63,372 bases of DNA, filler included, from Gemmatimonadota bacterium (GCA_003697105.1; 4 parts of 4 records of this genome joined end to end with filler, not necessarily neighbours in it); one strand, 5' to 3'. Positions 38,581-49,444 are shown, counted from the whole stretch's first letter. Made by a program: numbers and translations. The notes: a model not told the origin generated them from the letters alone.

Positions 38581-39333
38581 TTAGCTATGGTTTACATCAT
38601 CGGGATAAAGCACTTGAGTCAAATAGAGACCTTGCGGTGGCGCGGTCGGTCCTACGAGGTTACGCTGACCGGTTTCCAACGCCTCTTGCAGTTGAGAGAT
38701 GGGCATTTTACCTCGACCGATAGCCACCATCGTACCCACCAATGACCGAACCATACCCCGTAAAAAACGATTTGCACAAATCTCAAAGGTTAAATTATCC
38801 TCTTGTACCTGCCACTCCTGATGCATGACGTTCACGCGGTAATGTGCCACATCCGAACCGGAGGCACAAAACGCCTGAAAATCATGATCTCCTAACAAAA
38901 GCTGCGCCGCCGTCTGCATTTGGGAGACATCTAACCGGGCGTAAGGATAATACCACACATACGCTCGCCCAATCGCTACCGGACGATACGTCATCCGATA
39001 GCGATAGCACCGCCGGTACGCATCAAAGCGTGCATGAAACGCGGGAGAAACCGTTTCCACCTGATGAACAACCACATCATCCGGTAAAAGCGCATTTAAA
39101 CCTTTGTGCAAGCGCTCCAGTGGCAATGGGTTTGTGGTGCGAAAATTGGCAACTTGCCCCAGTGCATGGACTCCCGCATCCGTCCGCCCAGAGCCAATCA
39201 CCTGAATATCGGTTTGTAATAACTGGGAAAGAACGGCTTCCAGCACACCTTGTACCGTCCGCATTTCCGGCTGGATTTGCCACCCGTGAAATGCGGTGCC
39301 ATCATATTCAAGGGTCAATTTGATATTGCGCAT
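38581..39333 (-). CDS. truA: tRNA pseudouridine(38-40) synthase
   Basis: YDGTAFHGWQ, GRTDAGVHA, FHARF, FLRGMVR, APPQGL. Confidence 0.96.
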   Translation of the reverse strand: MRNIKLTLEYDGTAFHGWQIQPEMRTVQGVLEAVLSQLLQTDIQVIGSGRTDAGVHALGQVANFRTTNPLPLERLHKGLNALLPDDVVVHQVETVSPAFHARFDAYRRCYRYRMTYRPVAIGRAYVWYYPYARLDVSQMQTAAQLLLGDHDFQAFCASGSDVAHYRVNVMHQEWQVQEDNLTFEICANRFLRGMVRSLVGTMVAIGRGKMPISQLQEALETGQRNLVGPTAPPQGLYLTQVLYPDDVNHS

Positions 39334-39410
39334 AGCAGAAGATTGATCCCATCAACGGGCAACAAGGTCACCAACAATACCACTCGTTCTAAAACTTTGT
39401 CAACGGTTTT

Positions 39411-39653
39411 TTAGTCTTTTTGATACGGACAGTGGCGGCAGCCACTACCACAGCAAAATCCCCGTTCCAAATGGAATACAGCCGTCATTACCGGATAGCC
39501 GGTTTCCGGGTCCGGGTATGTGGGCTGCTGCTGCTGGCAAGCGGCTTCATGACGTTGCATAATTTCCACAAATTGGGGGTGATCCGGCGCTAACCGGGAT
39601 GGATGGGGTACCGGAAATTGATATTGCATCCTAGCGGGCATTGTTGGCGACAT
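39411..39653 (-). CDS. Small Cys-rich protein (DUF5522-like)
   Basis: HEAAC...YPDPETGY.VMT...HLERGFCCGSGCRHCPY. Confidence 0.75.
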   Translation of the reverse strand: MSPTMPARMQYQFPVPHPSRLAPDHPQFVEIMQRHEAACQQQQPTYPDPETGYPVMTAVFHLERGFCCGSGCRHCPYQKD

Positions 39654-39663
39654 TCGGTGTGGC

Positions 39664-40227
39664 TTAGGTGGACTCTATCGCTTGGTGGATAATACACCCT
39701 TTTTCATCACACAGGTCATCAAAGGCACAGACGTCTTTCAGGTGGCAATCATTCGGGTCTAGTAGGTGGTTTTGATATTCCCGGAAGCGCTCCATGAATT
39801 TACCCGCGATGGGATCCGTTGATAGGACAAATTGGAGGAGTATCAACAATCGTTCTCCGGCGGCTTTGCTGATCAAATGTTCAATTTTACAAGCATCAAT
39901 TTCCGCTTGGGTAGGCTCCAAGCCGAGCACATCTCGAAAAAATTTGATGAAAATCCGGCGGCGAGACAAAATCCCTTTTACAATTTTTTGCCCGGTCTCA
40001 CTTAGGTTGAAAAATTTATTCTCATCTTCATCAATGTAACCCCGTTCTTTCAGATTACGCAAGGTAATCGAGGCACTCCCTTTGGTGATATTCAAGTGCT
40101 TTGCCACATCGGTTACCCGAGCATATCCCCGTTCCGAGATCAAATCTTCAATTGCCATCAAATGGTGCGCGACGCTGTGGGTGATCTCATTATGTTCAAA
40201 TTCTTTCCAAACTTCAGTTGTATCCAT
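39664..40227 (-). CDS. DtxR/MntR-family metal-dependent regulator with Cys-rich tail
   Basis: HHLMAI...ARVTDVAKHLNITKGSAS HTH, DACKIEHLIS. Confidence 0.88.
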   Translation of the reverse strand: MDTTEVWKEFEHNEITHSVAHHLMAIEDLISERGYARVTDVAKHLNITKGSASITLRNLKERGYIDEDENKFFNLSETGQKIVKGILSRRRIFIKFFRDVLGLEPTQAEIDACKIEHLISKAAGERLLILLQFVLSTDPIAGKFMERFREYQNHLLDPNDCHLKDVCAFDDLCDEKGCIIHQAIEST

Positions 40228-40317
40228 GCCCAACACTCCAGAAGAGGGTCATAAATCGCGATTTTGGTATCTTCAAAATAACTGATTTTCCGGTTTTGTC
40301 AAGTCACAAAGGTCGGA

Positions 40318-41235
40318 TTAAAAGGTCAAGTGTTCCGGCATCCGAAATCGTAACACCTTGATACCCAATATGTTGGATTGATCGGCAAAATATGTCATAA
40401 AATCGACCTGCACTACTTTTTTTGCGGTGCTACTGGCATGGCCAAAATAGAGGTGACCCTCCTCTCGAAAACCGAACCCCACATGGCTCACCAAAACATT
40501 CCCTTTTTCATACGTGCCATCGGGTAGGAGTTCACCGATTTTGAGGTTTCGAATAACATAGATCATACTTGCAGGCGGTAAGCGATCAATGATGGCAGGG
40601 ATACTATCGCGGGGAATGTATGTCGTTCCCACCACTTGCGGCGGTAGATCCACCCCCAGCAATTCACGAGGTTTGATCGTAGCATGAATTGCAACCGTTT
40701 CCACTCCCAAACTATCGGTAATGTCAGTGACAAACAGACCGTTATGGTGCTTCAAAAAATCTTTAATTTCATAATGATTACGGGTATCATAAGAAATGGG
40801 CTTCCCCGGCATGTAGCGCAACCGGTCCATGACCTGCTTTGCCGTCTTGAGGATCGATTTGCCCACCGTTTGTGGCTCTGCCGCCAAATGGGGGTCTGTG
40901 GCGATAGCCAGTGCCAGCACTTTATCGCGTAATGTGACACAATCCTCACCAATACCCCAATGTGCCGCGGTCAGGCCATAACGGGTTTGGGGGTCTTTTA
41001 ACTGGGAACAATCCTCGTTATCCCCACATTCCCCTAACGGACCTGTGGCATCGTAAGGCACATTTAAAAAGAGGCGAAAAATGTGATAGATGCGCTGGTC
41101 TAACTCCGGCAACTGGGCAACGGCTTCCAGCACCGTTTGGCGTTCCTCATCCGAGAGTTGGTTAAAAGGACGGTCTGGCACGGCACTGATCATCCATAAA
41201 ACAGAACATAGCCCCATATAAAACAAAAATTTCAT
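40318..41235 (-). CDS. DUF1460-like (NlpC/P60 superfamily) secreted putative peptidoglycan amidase
   Basis: Signal peptide, FLNVPY, DCVT, RNHY, VSHVGF, HASS. Confidence 0.7.
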   Translation of the reverse strand: MKFLFYMGLCSVLWMISAVPDRPFNQLSDEERQTVLEAVAQLPELDQRIYHIFRLFLNVPYDATGPLGECGDNEDCSQLKDPQTRYGLTAAHWGIGEDCVTLRDKVLALAIATDPHLAAEPQTVGKSILKTAKQVMDRLRYMPGKPISYDTRNHYEIKDFLKHHNGLFVTDITDSLGVETVAIHATIKPRELLGVDLPPQVVGTTYIPRDSIPAIIDRLPPASMIYVIRNLKIGELLPDGTYEKGNVLVSHVGFGFREEGHLYFGHASSTAKKVVQVDFMTYFADQSNILGIKVLRFRMPEHLTF

Positions 41236-41290
41236 CAATTTGCATCCTTAATATGCATCGTGTCGAAAACGCCACCGCCGGTTACCCATG

Positions 41291-42202
41291 TTAGTTCATA
41301 CAGCAGGAGTGACCGTTTTCCGCCAGCAGATATGTGGGAAGCCCGCGCTCCTTCATCAACCGGTGAATCGCCCGGTACAGGAAGCCCGGCACAATGGTAT
41401 CAAAGGTGCGCTTCACGCAGTTAGGGTTGCGAATCCAGCTCAACATTTGGTGGTATGATGCCTCCCCTAACTTTCCGGTCAAGTGGGTAATGTTTTCTGG
41501 CTTGGTAAAGTACGCCAAAATCCCGCTCTTGTCCGCTTCGGGGTGGAATTGGAAACCAGCCATCTCACGGGTAATCCGAAAGCCAGTCAATGCCGCTCCC
41601 TCATCTGGACTGTCATAACTGAGGATATTTACACCTAAATGAGCGGCACGGTGGTGCTTGAGATCGATCACTTGCCAATCTCGGTTATCAAAGGCGTAAA
41701 AGGGGTGGTCTAAAGGGGAAAGCAACGGGTCGGTTGTTCCGCCGTTCACCGGATAAATGGGCACAATACCAAAACTGGTCTGTTCCCGTTGGTTGACCGT
41801 TGCCAGATCAAAATGACGCGCCATGAGTTGGAAGGAATAGCAAATCCCCAAAAAGTGTGTTTTGAAGGCGGTTTCATGGGTCTGATTTTTATCCAGTACC
41901 TGATCGATACAGCGGAAATAATCTGCTTCCCAGCGGGTACCTTCACCGGCAAACGGACTGCCGGGTCCCCCAGTGGAGAGCAAGATATCCAGATGATCGA
42001 GGGTATGGGGGACTTCCGCACGGTCACGAACCCGGTACTCTTCCAGCAAAATCCGCGTCCCCGGATGCCGTGATAGGACCCGTGCGCCCACGCCAAGGAC
42101 AATCTTGCGGAAACAGCGCATCGCTTGATTGGCAACCCCGTTGTGCATATCCAAAATACCAATAGTGATGGTTTGTTCTCGCGTGTTGGTTGTAGCTTGC
42201 AT
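41291..42202 (-). CDS. Type 1 glutamine amidotransferase-like protein
   Basis: GGPGSP, GICYSFQ (nucleophile Cys), QFHPE. Confidence 0.85.
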   Translation of the reverse strand: MQATTNTREQTITIGILDMHNGVANQAMRCFRKIVLGVGARVLSRHPGTRILLEEYRVRDRAEVPHTLDHLDILLSTGGPGSPFAGEGTRWEADYFRCIDQVLDKNQTHETAFKTHFLGICYSFQLMARHFDLATVNQREQTSFGIVPIYPVNGGTTDPLLSPLDHPFYAFDNRDWQVIDLKHHRAAHLGVNILSYDSPDEGAALTGFRITREMAGFQFHPEADKSGILAYFTKPENITHLTGKLGEASYHQMLSWIRNPNCVKRTFDTIVPGFLYRAIHRLMKERGLPTYLLAENGHSCCMN

Positions 42203-42301
42203 TCCTTCTCCTGATGAGTGTTTATTAACAATTACGATAAGGAAAGTCGCCAGAATGTAGCCGATCCCGCCCACTTTGGCAAGATTTTTTGTCATCAAAA
42301 A

Positions 42302-42330
42302 TTGACTTGGCAACATTACGCAATTATACT
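42302..42330 (+). promoter_or_regulatory. Sigma70 promoter of the cyclase operon
   Basis: TTGACT-N17-TATACT. Confidence 0.65.
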
Positions 42331-42374
42331 ATAGGCGGATGTCCACAAAATCCAGACCTCAGAGGGGAAAAATC

Positions 42375-45300
42375 ATGCGCAATTTAATGCCTCATTTTAT
42401 TCAAGAACAGGATCAACAGCATCTCACGCAGGGACACTTTGATGCCACTGCAATATTTATCGATATTTCCGGTTTTACTCTGCTTACCGAAGAACTCATG
42501 AAGTACCAAACGGATGGTGCGGAGGTTCTCACGGGGGTGCTAAACCGTATGTTTAATCCGGTGGTACATACCATTTACCAGCACGGCGGGATGATCTCCA
42601 CCTTTGCCGGCGATGCATTCACAGCACTTTTTCCATCGGAAAACGACCGGACACCTCAATACGCGCTTCAAGCCGCGTTGCGGATTCAGAAATTTTTCGA
42701 GGAGCACTCTGCCTTCCCAACCCCGTATGGGACATTTGAGATGGGTGTGAAAATTGGCGTGTCATTTGGTGATGTTCAGTGGGGTATTTTAAGTGGCGTT
42801 CACCCGACTTCTACCACAGGCGTCCAAAAAACCTATTATTTCCGGGGCGAGGCGATTAAAGGATGTACCGCTGCCGAAAAATATGCGGAAACCGGCGATG
42901 TTATTCTCGACCAAAAGATAATAGATCGGATTCAGACTGACATCCAGACGACCTATCTCCGCTACAACCGGCAAAAATTAATCCAGTGCCCGGATAACCT
43001 ACCCCTGAAACCCCCCACGCTACCCACCTTAACGATAGAAACCCTGAGTCAGTACGTTCAGATGAGCGACTTTCCACAACAAGCAGAGTTTCGGAATGTG
43101 TGTAGTGTCTTCATCTCATTTGATGAAAATAGCACTGATGAGGTGCTGAATACATTTGTGGGTAACGTCCTCAATTTAGCAATTAACTTTAAGGGTTTTT
43201 TTAACAAGATCGATTTTGGAGACAAAGGTGGCGTAATTTTGATCCTATTTGGTGCACCCACTGCCTTTGAGAAAAACGTAGAGCGTGCGCTGGCATTCAT
43301 AACCGCCTTGCGGGAGGTTGAATGTGGTTTGCTATGGCGAGCTGGACTCTCTTACGGCATGGCATATACCGGCATTATTGGCGGAAAAGAACGGTGTGAG
43401 TACACCGCCATCGGTGATGCCGTGAATCTTGCCGCCCGGTTCATGATCAAAGCACCCTATGGTGAGGTCTGGCTGACCGAGCGGATCCATCGTTACAGCC
43501 AGAATCAGTATAAACACGAATTACTGGGTCATTTCCGCTATAAAGGGATTGCGGAACCGGTACCCACCTTTAAGTTAATCGCTAAAAAAATATCCGATGA
43601 AAAAATCTTTGCCGGCAAAATGATCGGGCGTGCCATTGAACTGCAATTGTTGCACCAATACCTCAAGCCACTCTTTCGGGGTGCGTTTACCGGCATCATC
43701 ACGATTCACGGTGAGGCGGGCATGGGTAAAAGCCGTCTGATGTACGAATTGAAGCACGAGTTGGGAGATACGGTACAATGGACAGAATGCCAACCTGACC
43801 CCATCCTCCAAACCTCATTTAACCCCTTTATACAGATGCTACGTCGCGATTTTCAACAAGTGGATAGCGACCCGGAACCAGTACGAAAGACCAAATTTGA
43901 GACCCACTTTGCAAATCGGCTTCGTGCCATCCAAGCGACGGGTGACTATGCAGATATTCACTCGGAATTAGAGCGCACAAAGTCCGTTTTAGGGGCATTG
44001 GTGGGGCTCTCTTGGGATCGTTCACTCTATGCCCAACTGGATGCTCGGGGACGCTATGAAAACACCCTCTCCGCCGTCAAGGCATGGCTCCTCAGCCAAA
44101 GTTTGGTAAACCCCACCGTTCTCCTGATTGAAGATGGGCACAATTTAGACCCCGATTCGTGGACATTGCTTGACCATCTCCTACACAACATTGATCACTA
44201 CCCGCTGGCGATCCTGATGACATTGCGTTATAACGATGATGGTAGCCGAATACCATTGAAAACCCACCAACCCCTTGAACATACCATCGACCTGAAACCC
44301 CTTTCCAAGGCAGAACTTTACGAACTGGCTGAAGATGGACTCGGTAACCCGATCAGTGAGGCGTTTCATCAGGTGTTATTTGAGCGCACCAAAGCAAATC
44401 CCTTTTTCGCCCAACAATTTTTACAATATCTTGCGGAAAATGCTTGGATTGAACTCCGGGAGAACGTGTGGGAATTGACCACTACCTCTATGGACGTCCC
44501 GGATACCATTCGTGCCATTCTGATTGCTCGTTTAGACCGCTTGAGCCCGCCCGTACGGGAAATTGTGAAAACCGCAACCACCTTCGGTATGCAATTCGAG
44601 CCGCTCCTGCTACGCTTGGCATTGGAAAAATCCAACCCCAATTTTAACCCAAAAGATTTTTACACCTATCTAACGACCGCCGAACAAGAGCGGATTTGGA
44701 CGTCCATCACGAATCAGAAATATCTCTTCAACAGTGAATTAATGCGGGATTCCATTTATTCCATGCAAATGGGTGAAAAACGGCGCGAATTTCATCGCCA
44801 AATTGTAGAAGTCATGGAAGAATTGGGACGGCAAGATGAGGAGCATTATTCGGAGTTGGCATTCCACTGCGAAAAGGCAGAATTGACCGAAAAAGCCCTT
44901 TTTTACCTCGAAAAAGCGGCAAATAGTGCCAAAGCGCAATATCAACACCAACAGGCACTCAAATTTTATCATCGTATTTTAAACCTGATCACTCCAAACG
45001 TTCACCGCCGATTACACTTGCGAACATTGCTCCAGTTAAGTGAAATTGAGAAGTTAACCGGAAACTGGGAAGAAAGCCGCAACCGGTTACAACTCATCTT
45101 GGAATTGACCGGAGATGGCAACCCCCCTTATATTCGCGCACAAGCTCTTTCCCGGCTCGGTGACCTCGCCCTAGACCGCAGTGAATATGAAGAAAGCACC
45201 GCATATTACGAACAGGCATGCGCCCTGTTTGACCCCTATGACCACCATCATGATCTCGCCGAAGCTATCGGCCGGCTCGGTGAAATTCAGTACCGGAAAA

Positions 45301-46241
45301 GCCAGTTTGACGCCGCCTTACACCGGTATCGGGAATCACTGGAAATTTGTAAAAAGTTTAATGATAACACCGGTATTGTCAGCACGTTACTAAATATGAG
45401 CAACGTTGCGGCACATCAGGGTGAATATGGGCAAGCAATGGCGTATTTGGAAGAATGTCTTGAATTAAGTGAAGCCACCGGTGATAAACGCCGGATGGCA
45501 ATTGTCCTCGGTAATATGGGTGCCATTCAAGGTATGCAGGGGAATCCACAAGGCGCAATGCCCTATCTTCAGCAAAACTTGCAACTCAGTGAGGAATTAG
45601 GCGATAAAAAAACCATTTCGCGGGTGTGCGGTAATATTGGCGCGGTTTACCAGATGCAACAAAAATATGAACTCGCGCTACTGTACTATCAAAAACGGCT
45701 CAAAATGGATGAAGAACTCGGCAACCGGCGCGGTATTGCTTTTGTCTGTAACGGGATCGGGGCAGTTTATCGGGAACAAGGTAAACTGGATGATGCCTTG
45801 TTGTACCACCAACGGGCGCTCGCTATCGATACCGCCATTGGCAATAAACAAGGCGTTGCTATCGGGATGGCAGATAGTGGGCGAATTTACCAGTTGAAAC
45901 AAGAGTACGACCACGCTTTGCATTATTACGATAAAGCGATACAACTGGCGCAGGAAATTCAGTTTCAATGGCTGTTGCCGGCGGTGTATATCCATAAAGC
46001 AGAAACACTCTACCACCAGAAACAATTCCCCCGCGCCAAAGAGATCGTCACCCAAGGGTTAGCACTGGCTCAAAAATACCGCCCGGAACGCCTTTTTGCC
46101 GGAAATGTGATCTCTGCCCAGATTGATTTTGCCCAAGGTGACCCGGATTTTGCCCGAACGCAAATCCAACACATGCGCCAGCAGACCAGTGACCCGGAAC
46201 AAATACGTCTATTAGATGCCCTGTTGGAGGAAATGCAATGA
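42375..46241 (+). CDS. Class III adenylate/guanylate cyclase (tandem catalytic domains) - P-loop AAA/STAND - TPR protein
   Basis: DISGFT and FAGDA (domain 1); GDKG and GDAVNLAAR (domain 2); GEAGMGKS; many TPRs. ATG at 42375 with GAGGGG upstream. Confidence 0.9.
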   Translation: MRNLMPHFIQEQDQQHLTQGHFDATAIFIDISGFTLLTEELMKYQTDGAEVLTGVLNRMFNPVVHTIYQHGGMISTFAGDAFTALFPSENDRTPQYALQAALRIQKFFEEHSAFPTPYGTFEMGVKIGVSFGDVQWGILSGVHPTSTTGVQKTYYFRGEAIKGCTAAEKYAETGDVILDQKIIDRIQTDIQTTYLRYNRQKLIQCPDNLPLKPPTLPTLTIETLSQYVQMSDFPQQAEFRNVCSVFISFDENSTDEVLNTFVGNVLNLAINFKGFFNKIDFGDKGGVILILFGAPTAFEKNVERALAFITALREVECGLLWRAGLSYGMAYTGIIGGKERCEYTAIGDAVNLAARFMIKAPYGEVWLTERIHRYSQNQYKHELLGHFRYKGIAEPVPTFKLIAKKISDEKIFAGKMIGRAIELQLLHQYLKPLFRGAFTGIITIHGEAGMGKSRLMYELKHELGDTVQWTECQPDPILQTSFNPFIQMLRRDFQQVDSDPEPVRKTKFETHFANRLRAIQATGDYADIHSELERTKSVLGALVGLSWDRSLYAQLDARGRYENTLSAVKAWLLSQSLVNPTVLLIEDGHNLDPDSWTLLDHLLHNIDHYPLAILMTLRYNDDGSRIPLKTHQPLEHTIDLKPLSKAELYELAEDGLGNPISEAFHQVLFERTKANPFFAQQFLQYLAENAWIELRENVWELTTTSMDVPDTIRAILIARLDRLSPPVREIVKTATTFGMQFEPLLLRLALEKSNPNFNPKDFYTYLTTAEQERIWTSITNQKYLFNSELMRDSIYSMQMGEKRREFHRQIVEVMEELGRQDEEHYSELAFHCEKAELTEKALFYLEKAANSAKAQYQHQQALKFYHRILNLITPNVHRRLHLRTLLQLSEIEKLTGNWEESRNRLQLILELTGDGNPPYIRAQALSRLGDLALDRSEYEESTAYYEQACALFDPYDHHHDLAEAIGRLGEIQYRKSQFDAALHRYRESLEICKKFNDNTGIVSTLLNMSNVAAHQGEYGQAMAYLEECLELSEATGDKRRMAIVLGNMGAIQGMQGNPQGAMPYLQQNLQLSEELGDKKTISRVCGNIGAVYQMQQKYELALLYYQKRLKMDEELGNRRGIAFVCNGIGAVYREQGKLDDALLYHQRALAIDTAIGNKQGVAIGMADSGRIYQLKQEYDHALHYYDKAIQLAQEIQFQWLLPAVYIHKAETLYHQKQFPRAKEIVTQGLALAQKYRPERLFAGNVISAQIDFAQGDPDFARTQIQHMRQQTSDPEQIRLLDALLEEMQ

Positions 46242-47101
46242 AACCATGTGCCTTTTTAACGATGGACAGCCTGACCGGCTATGTCTGTTACGACCATTAC
46301 CTCTACGAGCCTTTCCAAAAACGGGGGTGGCAGGTGACCCCCATTTCGTGGCGAACAGCCAATGTCCATTGGGATGATTTTAGGGTGGTGGTGATTCGCT
46401 CTCCGTGGGATTACCAGACCGATCCCGCACGATTTTTGAAGGTGTTGGAGGAGATTGATCAGTCTGCCGCACGGTTGGAAAATCCGTTGAATATTGTCCA
46501 TTGGAACTTGAACAAACGTTATCTAGCGGATTTGGCGGAAAAGGGCATCCCCATTGTCCCCACCGGATGGGAAACCACATTTGATGCAAGTCGAGTCGTA
46601 ACATACTTTGAGACATTCGACAGCACCGAAATTATCATCAAGCCGGTGGTCAGCGCCAATGCAGATAATACCTTCCGTTTGAGCCAGAACAGGTTTGAAC
46701 CCGAATTGCCACGGTTACAATCCACATTTGCCACGCGAGACTTCATGGTACAACCATTCCGGGATCATATCCTCCATGAGGGGGAATTTTCGCTTTTCTT
46801 TTTTGGAGGGGAATATAGCCATACCATCCTTAAAACACCGAAACCCAACGATTTTCGGGTGCAAGAGGAACATGGCGGTCGCCTGCGCACCATTGACCCC
46901 GAAGATAAACTACTGCAACGTGCCACCGAAACTCTTGCCCAGATTCCACCGTTGCTTTACGCTCGCCTCGATTTTGTCCGCCATGCCGGTGATTTTGAAC
47001 TAATGGAATTGGAGCTGATCGAACCCTCACTCTATTTCAACATGGATGCGAACTCGGCAGAACGCTTTGCGGATGTATTCGTGCGGTGGGTGGAACGGTA
47101 A
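46238..47101 (+). CDS. ATP-grasp ligase (RimK/DcsG-like)
   Basis: RSPWDY, NKRYL, KPVVSA, DFRVQEEHGG, YARLD, ELELIEPSL. ATGA overlap with the cyclase gene. Confidence 0.85.
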   Translation: MKPCAFLTMDSLTGYVCYDHYLYEPFQKRGWQVTPISWRTANVHWDDFRVVVIRSPWDYQTDPARFLKVLEEIDQSAARLENPLNIVHWNLNKRYLADLAEKGIPIVPTGWETTFDASRVVTYFETFDSTEIIIKPVVSANADNTFRLSQNRFEPELPRLQSTFATRDFMVQPFRDHILHEGEFSLFFFGGEYSHTILKTPKPNDFRVQEEHGGRLRTIDPEDKLLQRATETLAQIPPLLYARLDFVRHAGDFELMELELIEPSLYFNMDANSAERFADVFVRWVER

Positions 47102-47114
47102 GTTTTCCGAATGG

Positions 47115-49238
47115 TTAGGGTTTGAGCTGCCGTTTGCGCCACCACTGAATCCCATAGACCAGCGCGTAGAATAAAATTCCCAGCGCATCGGTAAGAGTGT
47201 TGGGTTGGATTAGCATAAAAGCGGTTGCCAGCAGTATGATACGCTCGAACCACGTGGTGCGGATCATGACAAAACCTTGTGTACCGGCGGCAAACGCAAA
47301 CATCCCCACCACGCCGCTGGCAAAGATGTGCAAACCGTGCCCCCAACTGTGCACATCCACCAAGATCAGATTCGTATTGAAAATAAACATAAAGGGCAGA
47401 ATCGCCGTGCGCATATCATAGATAAAGCCCTGCACCCCGGTTTTGATCGGTTCGGAACGGGCGATGGCAGAAGCGGCATAAGCGGCAAGCCCTACGGGCG
47501 GGGTATCATCGGCTAAAATCCCGAAGTAGAAGACGAACAGGTGTGCCGCCACAAGGGGAAAGGTCATCCCCACTTCTGGTCGATGTCCCAGTTCATAAAT
47601 GACGGGGGCGGTGAGCGTTGCCATCACGATGTAGTTGGCGGTAGTCGGTAAGCCCATGCCCAAAATCAGGCTGGCGGCAGCGGTAATCAGCAGGGTAAAT
47701 ACAATTTGGGTTAACCCCTCAAAATGCCCTAGATCATGGATGATAATCTGAATCAAGGGAGCGATGATGTGGGTCACTCCGCTAGCTAACACAGCACTAA
47801 CCGTATCAATGATTTCCGTCAGGCGCAACCCCAATCCGGTCAGGTTGACTACCCCCACAATAATCCCAGCAGACGCCGTGGCAACACCAACACCCACCAT
47901 GTTGCGGGCACCGGCTTCCAATCCTTTGTAAAATTTGGTGAAACCCAATTTGAAGGCTGGGGCAAGGGGTTGCTTATGGTAAATGGCGAGGATGGGGTCT
48001 TGCAGGAGCATCATTCCGGCGGTGACGACAATGGCAATCATCGCAGAATAGGCAGGGGTAAAGCGAGCGATCACGAGTCCCCAAATGAGCACAAAGACCG
48101 GGATCAGATAATGAACACCTCTAATAAAAGTGCCCCACCGGCTGGGCAGTTCCGCACGAGGCACACCTTGCAAACCCAGTTTGAGGGCTTCCAAATGAAC
48201 CACATAGAACAGAGCAATATAGGAGAGCAACGCCGGGACAATGGCGTGGCGAACAATATCAAAGTAGGGGATACCAACAAATTCCGCCATGATGAATGCC
48301 GCCGCTCCCATAATGGGCGGCATGAGTTGCCCGTTGGTGGAGGCGGCGACCTCCGTTGCCGCCGCTTTGTGGGGAGGGTAGCCGATTCGTTTCATCAGTG
48401 GAATGGTGAACGTGCCGGTGGTCACCGTATTGGCAATCGATGAACCGGAGACCGTGCCCGTCAGCATAGATGCCATGATCGATGCCTTCGCAGGTCCGCC
48501 CCGGAACGTGCCCAAAAAAGCATATGCCACATCAATGAAATATTTGCCCGCCCCCGCTTTGTCCAACATCGACCCGAACAGAACAAACAAAAAGACAAAT
48601 TGAGTTGAGACGCCGAGCGCTACCCCAAAAATGCCTTCTGTCGTCACGTACATCTGACTAATTAAGCGGCTCACGTCGTAACCGCGATGCGCAATCAAGT
48701 CAGGCATAAGAGGGGTTAAAAAGGGCAAAGCACCGCGTGGCCCCGCGAGGGAGTAAAGCAAAAAGATGGAAGCAATCACCGCGAGAGCAGGTCCTAAACT
48801 CCGGCGCGTGGCTTCCAACAAGAGCAAAATGAAGATCGATCCGAACCAAACCTCACGCAAAATGGGGATACCAGCGCGTTGCTGGATACCGGTGTAATCC
48901 AAAACAATATAGAGCACACCCAGCCCAGCAATGAGAGCAAATAGATAATCATACACCGGAATACGGTTGGTCGCTGTTTTTTTCCGAAAGGGAAACACAA
49001 GATAAGTCAGGACAATCGCAAAACAGAGATGAATCGCCCGGGCGCGGGTCGCATCCAGCACGCCGAAAGAGGCAATCCAAAGTTGAAAGAGCGACCAGCC
49101 AATCGCTAAGCCAAAAATCACCCAGTGCATTACGCCAGTGGGGCTACGGCTACCGATTTCAGCATCTTCAGCAATGTGTAAGGCTTTTTCAAGGTCTTCG
49201 GGGATTGCGTCGTTTGGAAGATTGGGTTTGGGGGTCAT
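47115..49238 (-). CDS. TRAP transporter fused permease (4TM/12TM, TAXI-type)
   Basis: EGIFG, GGPAK, SGSSIANT, GQLMPPIMGAAAF, GMGLPTTANY, TPPVGLAA. Confidence 0.92.
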   Translation of the reverse strand: MTPKPNLPNDAIPEDLEKALHIAEDAEIGSRSPTGVMHWVIFGLAIGWSLFQLWIASFGVLDATRARAIHLCFAIVLTYLVFPFRKKTATNRIPVYDYLFALIAGLGVLYIVLDYTGIQQRAGIPILREVWFGSIFILLLLEATRRSLGPALAVIASIFLLYSLAGPRGALPFLTPLMPDLIAHRGYDVSRLISQMYVTTEGIFGVALGVSTQFVFLFVLFGSMLDKAGAGKYFIDVAYAFLGTFRGGPAKASIMASMLTGTVSGSSIANTVTTGTFTIPLMKRIGYPPHKAAATEVAASTNGQLMPPIMGAAAFIMAEFVGIPYFDIVRHAIVPALLSYIALFYVVHLEALKLGLQGVPRAELPSRWGTFIRGVHYLIPVFVLIWGLVIARFTPAYSAMIAIVVTAGMMLLQDPILAIYHKQPLAPAFKLGFTKFYKGLEAGARNMVGVGVATASAGIIVGVVNLTGLGLRLTEIIDTVSAVLASGVTHIIAPLIQIIIHDLGHFEGLTQIVFTLLITAAASLILGMGLPTTANYIVMATLTAPVIYELGHRPEVGMTFPLVAAHLFVFYFGILADDTPPVGLAAYAASAIARSEPIKTGVQGFIYDMRTAILPFMFIFNTNLILVDVHSWGHGLHIFASGVVGMFAFAAGTQGFVMIRTTWFERIILLATAFMLIQPNTLTDALGILFYALVYGIQWWRKRQLKP

Positions 49239-49444
49239 AGAGAGCCCGTCACGTTGTTTTTGGAGATGGAAAATGTACAAATTGCCAACGGTTCACTGTT
49301 CAGTGGGTATTATTATGTTCCTTCTCCCAATTGTCAATCAAAAACTCTGTGGGAAAATGGCTTTACTTTTTGTTTGGTAAAATCTATTTTGGGGAGGGAT
49401 CAACAAACGGGCATATCTTCTGTACCCTTTTAAGGAAGTCGATC

